DNA of 61,465 nt, the filler included, from Dugesia japonica (lineage: Eukaryota): assembly GCA_001938525.1 (NCBI GenBank). It is 5 parts of 5 records of this genome, joined end to end, with 100 filler letters (N's around TTAATTAATTAA, not from the genome) between each part and the next. Parts side by side here need not be neighbours in the genome. Positions count along the whole stretch, not along the records: positions 12,364 to 30,067 come from MQRL01596267.1; 4 more parts are not named here. One strand, given 5' to 3'. The notes below the pieces were generated by a model. That model searched no databases, had not been told where the DNA came from, and was given only the letters and a program-made list of their open reading frames with translations. Positions 12,264 through 21,240 of this stretch are shown here, piece by piece. The stretch's first letter is position 1; the number at the start of each line of letters is the position of its first letter. Made by a program: the position numbers and the translations under genes.

Positions 12264-12363
12264 NNNNNNNNNNNNNNNNNNNNNNNNNNNNNNNNNNNNN
12301 NNNNNNNTTAATTAATTAANNNNNNNNNNNNNNNNNNNNNNNNNNNNNNNNNNNNNNNNNNNN
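12264..12363. other. Synthetic 100-nt assembly spacer N44-TTAATTAATTAA-N44 (also at 30068-30167, 39335-39434, 52446-52545)
   Basis: The same six-frame-stop 12-mer is flanked by exactly 44 N on each side at four sites. Confidence 0.95.
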
Positions 12364-12364
12364 A

Positions 12365-13750
12365 GATGTAATTAAACATACTGAAGCTAAATTAACTAAA
12401 CCTTTAGAATACAATTTAAATAATAAAATTACTAGTGAGATAAATAATCTTGATAAAGTTTATGTAAATGAATCGGGAGATAAAATAGAAAAACTAGAAG
12501 TTATTCAAGAACCTAAAACTGATAACGATGTTGTAAATAATAAATATTTAAAGAAATATACTGATCAAATTAAAAAGGATATAGATAATAAAACAACGTT
12601 TAAAATAAACTCACTTATTATTAGAGTAAATGCTACGATTGAAACTAAAATATTAGAATTTAAAACTAAATTAGATAAAGAAATTAAAAATCTACTAGAT
12701 AAAGAAATAAAACAAATCGAGTTAAAAACAAATGATAAAGTTAATCAAGTTGTATTTAATTCTTTTAAACAAGATCAAGATAAAGAAATTAAGTCTTTAA
12801 AAGATATTGTAAAAGATGTTGAGCTAAAATCAAATGATAAAATAAATCAAATTGAATTTAATTCTTTTAAACTGAAACAGGAAACGTCTTTAAAGAGTAT
12901 TCAAACAGAGTTTAGTAATAAATTAAATAGTAATATACGATTTACTTTCTTTAAGCATTTATATATTAATACTTTTAATGATCATTTATTGTCAATCATT
13001 AATAGAATAAGAGCATATGAAAACAATATAATTTAAAAATTGAGTTTTGGTTGTCATCTAATTTTCCTTTTGGTTTAGATAAGATAAATGATAATTTTTA
13101 TTTTGAATATTTAAGTGGTGGTGGTTTAACTATAAAAGGAAAACCTGAATTAAAATTGAGAAATGCGTCAGTAGGAAATACCTCTTCCTATAGTAGTGAT
13201 AAATGTTTTTATTTAAATAAAGGAGATTAGTTTATTTCTAGTTTTGAATTTAAAAAGACTTTGTTTTTATGATTCTTTTTAATAGAGAAAGTTATTCTGA
13301 TTTAAAAGGTGCGTTTATTAGAGGAGGTGAATCAAATAAAAATACAATAAAAGAATATAAAGGATATACAAATTATGTACAATTAAATAATGAAGAATTA
13401 TATCATGATCAAAAAGTTAATTTAACTTTCACGTATGCTCCTAAACCTTATCCTAATTTATTATATATTGAAAAGAAAGGAAATCGAATTACAATTAATC
13501 AAGGTATTCATGAAAAAGAACAACACATTACTATAAAAAAGATTTTGAATTTGAAAAACTAGTTATAGGAGATAAAAATACTAGTGGATTTATTTATGAG
13601 TGTTTATGTTATGAAACTAGTGACGATGAAACAAATAACATAGGTATATACCAACAGTTTTATGCCCTTTATAGTAAACAAACAAGAGTAGTTCGTGATG
13701 TTAATAATAAAAATAATAATGAAACAATTATAAAATCAAAGTTTTATTAA
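12365..13750 (+). pseudogene. Polinton fibre-like protein: coiled-coil stalk plus putative beta-sandwich (LamG/ConA-like) head
   Basis: A stop-free frame at 12365-13036 (~220 aa, no start, absent from the ORF track) contains YVNESGDK..EPKTDNDVVNNKYL and heptad repeats. It continues through frameshifts into a beta-rich region ending KLVIGDKNTSGFIYECLCYE. Confidence 0.6.
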
Positions 13751-13782
13751 ATTAAAAGCATAAAATCTTATTTTTAATAAAA

Positions 13783-14447
13783 ATGGAGAAAGAACATGAT
13801 CGTATCTATCCTGATATAAATGAAGAAGAACAATTTAATCGAACTGCATCTATAGCTAATAATAAAAATAAATTAAAAACATTAAGAATTAAAGATTTTG
13901 AAANCGATTTAACATTTTTAACAGATAAAATAAATCATCATTATTATATAAAATTAGAAGATGGAAAATGTTTGATACGGGTGTAAGATATGCCGATATT
14001 TTAATAGGATCTTTATTTGGTGCAACAGGAATAACAATAACTGTTTTAGCTACAAGTGGTATCGTTATTTTAACTTTAACTATTATTATTCTTGGATCAT
14101 TTCCTTTAACTAATTCATTTATTCATGGTTTATTAAATATCGGCTTAATTAAAAGAAGAAAGAAGAAATATAATGATTTAATTAAAGAATTAGAAACAAG
14201 TAAAAATAAATTATTTCTTTATCATCAGAAATGTTTACATGATAATATATTAACTGATGAAGAAATAAATACTAGTAAAACAATTGTTAGTGAAATCAAA
14301 AATAAAATNTTAAAGATGAAAACTGGTATTAAAGTTAAAGAAGAAAAAGAAATAGAAAAAGATAGTACATTTTTATTAACAAAGTTAAAGGAAATGGAAT
14401 CTTTAATAAATCAACCTACGCCAAAAGTAAGAAAGAAAATAAATTAG
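13783..14447 (+). pseudogene. Polinton/adintovirus two-TM membrane protein ('gasderminX'-like), frameshifted at ~13950
   Basis: RIYPDI..LRIKDFE..; FDTGVRYADILI followed by a hydrophobic hairpin; KRRKKKYNDLI..SKNKL..KCLHDNILTDEE. This is the IYP..RL..I / TM / KKKKH..I..S.LN...AL.D..IS.EE pattern of this family. Confidence 0.7.
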
Positions 14448-14518
14448 AAATAGATTATAATTGTTTAAATTGTATAAAATTGAAAATTAATTATAAAAAT
14501 TAAATTAAAATTTAAAAA

Positions 14519-14818
14519 ATGGCTTATAACTTATTTGAAAATAAAAGTAATGTTAAGGATATTATTGATGAAATCAATAGAAAAACCATTGATACTGTTA
14601 AATTTAAAAATGAAATTAAACTTGAATATAATAAAATTCAAGAAACAACTTTAATTGATAAATATGTATTTTCATTTGAATCTTATTTAAATTTACGCAA
14701 ACTACAAGAAAAAATTCAAATCTTAGCTACTAACTTTTATGATTTAAGCGTTGAATATGAAGATTTATGCGATGAAAAGATTGAAGATTTAACTGATCAA
14801 TTAAATTCTAAAATTTAA
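14519..14818 (+). CDS. Polinton small coiled-coil hypothetical protein (99 aa)
   Basis: Intact ATG-initiated ORF with AAAATGG context inside the viral cluster. Confidence 0.6.
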   Translation: MAYNLFENKSNVKDIIDEINRKTIDTVKFKNEIKLEYNKIQETTLIDKYVFSFESYLNLRKLQEKIQILATNFYDLSVEYEDLCDEKIEDLTDQLNSKI

Positions 14819-14826
14819 TTATAAAC

Positions 14827-15189
14827 AATGTGTCAAACGAAATTATTAATTATTTTGCTAATAGTAAAGAATTTAAGGAAGAAATTAAAGATGATTATAT
14901 TACCGTAAAAAAATTATCTCATGCAAATAAAGTTGCATTGGCACCAGAATTATTTATTAAATTAAAACAATATGAAGCAGCTGTAAAATTACCTGGACAA
15001 ACAATTATTAATTTAGATATTGAAAACGAAGCTTTGATACAACAACTGAAAAAGTATGATAAATATGATCCAGAAGAAATAACTAAAGCAATTAAATTAA
15101 AAGAATTAGAAGAATCTAATAAAGATCATCGTAATAGATTAAAACGTATATTATTGCAAACGTTAGATCAATTTAAGGATGTAAAATAA
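14827..15189 (+). CDS. Polinton small hypothetical protein (~120 aa); start apparently disrupted by a 2-nt duplication (ATGTGTCA)
   Basis: Open frame 14830-15189 directly downstream of the previous ORF. The ATG at 14827 is out of frame. Confidence 0.5.
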   Translation, partial: NVSNEIINYFANSKEFKEEIKDDYITVKKLSHANKVALAPELFIKLKQYEAAVKLPGQTIINLDIENEALIQQLKKYDKYDPEEITKAIKLKELEESNKDHRNRLKRILLQTLDQFKDVK

Positions 15190-15239
15190 AATAATAAACC
15201 AAATATCGAGCCAATAATTAAAATACATTTATTTTTATC

Positions 15240-15900
15240 TCTCTTTTATATAATATTAACCAATCTTTTATCTCATTGCAAATATAGCTTAACTGCGCCG
15301 ATTTTATCTCCATTTTTACTCATTTTGATTAAATTTTCATGCGTAAAAAATGTTTATCCATTTCATTAAATATTTCTTCACTTGTTTGTTTTTCCGCTTT
15401 ATTACTACTATTTATTTTTGCATCTCTCATCATTTGAACTCCATTCTGAACTAGTGTCTCTGTTTAGTTTTGAACTCCATTATGAACTAGTGTCTCTGTT
15501 TGGTTTTGAACTCCATTTTGCACTCCATTCTGAACGCAGACTCCATTATGGACTCCATTATGAACTCCGTTATCATTAAGATACGATTTTTTACATTTGG
15601 ACAAACATTCTAATTCATCATTATTAAATAATATTTTGTCTGTTCATCGTAGCTAATTATTTTGCAATTAGTATTTTCAATATAATCAATAAAATAATTT
15701 AAGTCTTCTGTATAATATAATTCTTTTAATAATATAATACTTGATTTTAAATATATCATATAATTATGATATGTAGTTTTCTTAATACATATTCCTGTTT
15801 CAAGCATAAAGAAATTTAATAATTAAGGAATAGTAATACGTTTGATTTTGTTATCTGGATTATTTATATATTTTAAGTGAAACAAATATATTTTATTCAT
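15240..15900 (-). pseudogene. Polinton hypothetical ORF(s) with NGV(H/Q) tetrapeptide repeats
   Basis: Minus strand: ..NDNGVHNGVHNGVCVQNGVQNGVQNQTETLVHNGVQN*TETLVQNGVQM.., encoded by 12-bp and 36-bp tandem units at 15435-15570. Confidence 0.5.
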
Positions 15901-15974
15901 AGTTATATAAATTTCATATTTAATCATCCATGTTTCTTCGTCTCATATTATAGGGTTTAAATCTGTATAGTTAT

Positions 15975-17885
15975 TATTGTATATTGTTTTACATACATCG
16001 TCTTAATTAGTCGGATGTGATGTATGATCAAAGTCATCATTCATTCCAAAATATCCCATAGAATATTTAAGCAAATTTTCGCTACTTGTCTTAAACCATT
16101 ATTAAATTTGACTTTATCTATATCTAAATCATAAGCTACATTGTCTGCAATTAATTGAATCTTTGTATTACAGTTGCTACCATTAGTACAGTTGCTATTA
16201 CAGTGTTTATCACAGTCGGGTGGACCATTTTCATTGTGTCTTTTACATTTACAACCGGAAGCTTCTAATTTATATTTCATAAATACATTTACATAGTCTT
16301 TGAATAAACCTTTTATTGTTTTTTCGAAATGATATAATTCATATATATGTAATAATTTATATCCTTTATCTAAAGCTTTATTTACTCCAATTGTTGACAA
16401 GTTCCTGTTATACTTCTTTCTTCATCATTATGGCTACATGGCGCATTTATACAATAAAAACATGTTGTGCATTGTTTTGTCTTAAATATATATTCATGTT
16501 TATTTTTCGTGCAATGTTCACAAGTATTATCCTTATGCGAAGCTTGCGCTTTAAATGTACACGTTGTATTTAATTTATGGTTTGTGCATTTGCTATTTAT
16601 TTTATTCATGCATGTTTTGCACAATCTAAATAATAATTTATGGGCGTTTATTGCTTCTTGTTGAAAAGGCAACACCGGCAAATATAAATTTCTAGGTGGA
16701 AGCATTTTACATTTAAGTAAGCCAAAATATGGTTTATCATTTTCATTAATTATAGCTAATATATTATTTAGGTTTATATATTCTTCAGGCATAATATTAA
16801 ATAATATTTGTGGATGATCTATCGGGATATTCGTCATATTTATTAATAAAGAAACTACATCAACATATCTTATCTTTTGATTATTATTAACTTTATAATA
16901 TAATTTAAATGGTTCTGTTCTTCCTCGATAAAAAGCATCTTTAGGTTTTAATTTATTTAAAGATGCTTCCGACTTAAAGTTTTTAAAATTAGGATTCTCA
17001 AATAAATATCTTTGATATTCATATTCCCACAAAGTAATATATTCGACTTTCTCTCGTCTTTCAGTAAAATATTTAATAATATTTTTCTTTTTAGTTTGAG
17101 TTCTATTATATAAATATTCCATTGATTTACTTACTTTCTTACATATTTTTTCTGTCGAATATCATTTAAAACATCCATGGAAATAACAACCATTAAATTC
17201 ATAAACGCAATGAATTTGCTTTATTGAATCATAATAAGATCCATTTAATTTATAATTACTTATTGCCTTTTCTCCACCTCTTTTGGCATGTTGTATATTT
17301 GTTGATATAGCTTAAATATTCGAGCCAATGTAAAGATTTGGAAGAATAAACATCGTCAAATTCAGACAGTCTTGGAATTCTTATTGTATTATTATTTATT
17401 ATAGACATAAATGTTTTTTCACATACTTCCGCAATGGTGATATATTGAAAAGGATCTAAATTCAATAAATTACCATTCGGCATCTTTATGTTCATAAAAA
17501 CATCTTTGTATATTAAACATCCTTTAGTTAGTATCATTACATCTGTTAGGCAATAATAAAATAATTCATTTTGAAAATTAAATATTTCATTGTTATTTAT
17601 TCTCTCATCATACCAAGCTTTTAATTTTTCTTTAATAGTTGTTAATTGATCGGTTTCTTTATCTTTTGCATTATTACTCATTTTTTCATAACCATAATAA
17701 TATAAAGACGGATAAGCCCCAATATAATTCTGATTTGCTATTGTATTTGCAAAATGAGGAAATTCCCCTTTTGTTCCTTTAAAGTCGAATGTTTCGGGAA
17801 ATGCTTTTATAGCACATAAAGTAAAACATAATGAATCAATGAATCTAATATTAAAATGTTTTACATGAATGTGTATAATCTTATT
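15975..17885 (-). pseudogene. polB: Protein-primed family B DNA polymerase (Polinton, VSR-like-domain-containing type)
   Basis: IRFIDSLCF..KAFPETF..KGEFPHFAN..NQNYIG; FNFQNELFYYCLTDVMIL (ExoIII); LDPFQYITIA; YSSKSLHWLEY; YEFNGCYFHGC (VSR-like); KDAFYRGRTE; IRYVDVVSL (motif A); LPVLP; GLRQVAKICLNILW (motif B). Frameshifted, and motif C (YxDTDS) is missing. Confidence 0.92.
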
Positions 17886-17889
17886 TCAT

Positions 17890-18700
17890 TAAAATAAGAA
17901 AAAGCTTCCATCAAAATAAAATTTATTTGTAAAAAGTTCAAATTTTCGACAATAGCCTTCTTCAGGAACATTTTGGCTTCTTGACATATTCAATACAATA
18001 AATCTTTGTTACTCAATTCTTATTTATCGAAATTTTATTGGTTTATTTTTTTTACTTTTAATTTTAATGATTTTAATTTTTATTTTTTAATCAACTCAAA
18101 AAATTTCAAAAATTTTTTTTGATTAATACAGAAAAGTTTTAGATATTTTAAATATATTATACTTAGAATTTTTTAATTTTAAATTTTTGTATTTTTTTTG
18201 AAAATTTTTAAAAATTTTGTTTTGTGTTTTTTATACATATAATTTATGTTATTTTAAATAAATATTATTTTATAAATTTCTTTTTTAAAATTCATTCAAA
18301 AATGAACTAATTTTACACACAATTATAAAATTAATTTTTTTTGAACTAAAAATTTTTAAGTTTCTTTTAAATTCGTATTAGGACAACTAATTAATACATT
18401 TAATTAATATTATTTCGTTTTTTAAATTTTTTATATAAGAAATATATTTATTTTAAAAATATTATTTATAGATAAAAACTTTTTTTTTAATCAAAAATAT
18501 TTTTTCAAATATTGTAATTGTTGAACACTACATTAATCTGAGGTNNNNNNNNNNNNNNNNNNNNNNNNNNNNNNNNNNNNNNNNNNNNNNNNNNNNNNNN
18601 NNNNNNNNNNNNNNNNNNNNNNNNNNNNNNNNNNNNNNNNNNNNNNNNNNNNATTATGTTTGTTTTGAAAGTGTTTGAAGACTTCACTTTCTTCCTGTAC
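17890..18700 (-). mobile_element. 5'-truncated Penelope-like retroelement inserted in pPolB
   Basis: EESEVFKHFQNKH..PQINVVFNNYNI* is near-identical to the GIY-YIG tail at 44400-44700. It is followed by an AT-rich 3' region ending in a hammerhead-like motif at 17936-17969. Confidence 0.7.
17936..17969 (-). ncRNA. Minimal type I hammerhead ribozyme-like motif (PLE-associated)
   Basis: Minus strand: GUUC-CUGAAGA-A-GGC UAUU GUC-GAAA-AUUU-GAAC. Stem I and II pair, and helix III is reduced to the palindrome AAUU, so it could only form as a dimer. Confidence 0.55.
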
Positions 18701-19151
18701 CGCTTGGTGTTGGTATAAGTAGAAATTCAAATTTTGTCGCATCAATATCTATTTCCTCTGATGATTGTAAAGCATGATATTATTTATCAAAGAATTCATT
18801 TACTATAGTTTCTCTCCGTCCTGTATGAAAATAACTACTTGGATTTAATCTAATCATAGTATGATAAGCAGTTATCTTTACAGTGTAATTAGGATTATTA
18901 TATGTAATGTCTAATATAAATTCTAAACAAGTTTTAATATTTACTTCAATCTTTGTGTAAGAAGAAATCGTATATGTGTGAAAAATTCCTCTATGTTGCC
19001 TATAATAATGCAAGCCAAGATGGTTGACTCGATTGAAATCGTCTATCTGTGCTTCAACAAATAAATCATCTCTAAATTGATGTTCTTCAAAAGGTAGTGT
19101 ATTATTAATAGCTGTCCAATCGTCTAAATGTGAATTCGGGTTTGTTGCCAT
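18695..19151 (-). pseudogene. Probable N-terminal (terminal-protein) region of the Polinton pPolB
   Basis: MATNPNSHLDDW... reads through one stop to FEFLLIPTPSGTG, which resembles the P.G.G motif closing pPolB N-terminal regions. Same strand, directly upstream of the pPolB core once the Penelope insert is removed. Confidence 0.5.
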
Positions 19152-19283
19152 TTTTTTAAAAACCAAAATAAAATTTATGCAAATATTCCAAGCGAAAATA
19201 TAGAAATTAGGATAATTATTTGAAAAGGTAAAAAAACATTTCAGACAAATTTTCAAACTGCATTAGCAATACGAAAAATCGTC

Positions 19284-19497
19284 ACACAAGGTGGCCCACG
19301 TCTTGGACGAACATCATTTGAAAATGAAAAAGCGCGAAGAAATAAATTTTTGGTGAATCGTTGAGCAACAATTAATTCCCTTGTGGACAATAATACTTTT
19401 TATAATTATAGAGAAAACTTCCTTTTACATCGAAAACATGGGTTATAGCTTTTTCATTTTCAAATGATGGTGGTCCAAACGGGGATCATCTTGTGTT
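19284..19497. mobile_element. MITE with ~50-bp imperfect TIRs
   Basis: ACACAAGGTGGCCCACGTCTTGGACGAACATCATTTGAAAATGAAAAAGC versus the reverse complement ACACAAGATGATCCCCGTTTGGACCACCATCATTTGAAAATGAAAAAGC. No clear TSD. Confidence 0.7.
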
Positions 19498-19529
19498 ACA
19501 TATGATTGATATGAAAATATTTCTTCATT

Positions 19530-20460
19530 ATTATTAATATTCATTTCCATTCTTTTTTTTGGATAATATTTATTATTTAATGAAATTTGTATACTTTTAT
19601 ACAATATTTTGTTGTAACTTTTCTTTTTTATCATTTTCTATAGTTATACTATTTTGTTGCATAAATAAATTATTATTTTTATCAAATGATATTTCTGCTA
19701 GTTTAAATACAATTAAAATAAATCTTGGTTTTTATACTAAATTAACCATTTTAATTGAATAATTTGTTCCTACTTCCATTGATTGATTTCCAGAACTACG
19801 ATTTAAAAATGATACTGGTATTCGTTTATTTATTGATATTTGTTCTATATATTCCATTTCTTTTATTGGATTTAATGTCGATTCTGGAATATGTAATTCT
19901 AAAGTTAATAATTTCAAATTTGCTGTTGCTGTAGCTTTACCATAAAATATTAATTTATCATCTATTTGTCTATTACATTCTAATCGTATAAATATATTAT
20001 ATAATAATCTATTATAATATTGAATAAATTCAAATAAATTATTTATTGGATAAAAACCTTCATATTTTATACCAGTATATAATTTTAATCTTGATTGATA
20101 TCCTTTATTTGTAGCTGTTGCTCCACCATCTTCATTATCTGGAATCCAACCATATGCTTTTGTATAATGTTTTGCTGATTCATCATATAAAATTAAATTT
20201 AACATTGTTTTAAATAATGATGGAAACCAATTATTTTCCAATGTTATTTTAGTTTCTGTAGTTGAATCGATTTCTATCCTATAATATAACATTGATTTTC
20301 CAATATCTAATGGATTTGTTGATTGTAATTATTGAAATAATATATCACAAGTTTGATTTAATTTTACTACACTTGTTGCTGATATTTTTAATAAATCATT
20401 CTTGGATATTACATGATTAAAAACATAATTATTATCTATATCTAATTTTAAACCTTCCAT
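19530..20460 (-). pseudogene. Polinton/adintovirus major capsid protein (double jelly-roll, PY-like), 3' truncated
   Basis: ATG at 20460; LENNWFPSLF; GWIPD..NKGYQSR; PINNLFEFIQYYNRLLYNIFIRLECNR; LELHIP; FLIVFK; SIQISLNNKYYP..MEMN. These MCP motifs occur in order, with stops and frameshifts. Confidence 0.75.
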
Positions 20461-21109
20461 TTTTAAGATAAAAATTTAAGCCTCGTAGAATCCAGCTCAA
20501 GAAGATTTCAATATAAATTACAAAAATAAATAATAAAATTAAAATTATTTTTATAAAGTATTTGAGAAATTCCACCTCTAAAATTAAATAATCACATCCT
20601 AAATATAATTTCATAACCTTTTCTTTTTCAATAATCATGTATTTATTTAGCATTTTTTTATTAATATTTTCAACTATTTAATTTATTAAAAGTTTTATTT
20701 ACCTTATAATTTACTATTGATTTATATCTTTCGAATATTCTTTTTTATTATAATTCTCTATAAAATTTTAAATTTTTGTCATTAAATAAATTATTATCAT
20801 TTAATACATTTTTCAAAATAATTATTTTCTTCTGTTAATTCAACATTTTCATTATGCATATCACATATAGTTTGAACTAAGATTTCACCAGTTTTTATAT
20901 TTGCTTTATAATTTCAATTAATTTCTTTTAAAATTACACTTTGTTCTTTAAGTGTTAATTTACATACTATTGAATAATCTTTTTTAAATCATTTAAAAGC
21001 TCTATCTTTTTTGTATGGTTTTTTTTAAATTTGTTGGGTTTTTAGGATTTTGATGTTTTAACTTTTATCTGCGAATTTTCCGAACTCATTTTTATAAATA
21101 TTATTTCAT

Positions 21110-21240
21110 CTACACGTCTAGGGGCATACCTAAAAACCACAAGTATTTATGTCACCTCTGTGACATGCCCTTTTCTTTCCTTGGGTTCAGTGCGACTTTG
21201 CGGTATCGCGTCTTACTCCTTGGCTTCCTGAACCCTGACA
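21110..21240 (-). repeat. GC-rich LTR-like fragment with an internal inverted repeat
   Basis: The minus strand starts TGTCAGGGTTCAG, and GGGTTCAG...CTGAACCC form an inverted pair. No partner LTR seen. Confidence 0.3.

Noticed and set aside
12308-12319. Recurring TTAATTAATTAA between gaps as a biological repeat or CRISPR-like array
   Set aside because: Always flanked by exactly 44 N on each side, so it is an assembly spacer.
11868-16041. 11868-12260 as the missing C-terminus of the 15975-17885 pPolB
   Set aside because: Separated by a spacer and by opposite-strand genes, and its motif style suggests a different PolB type.
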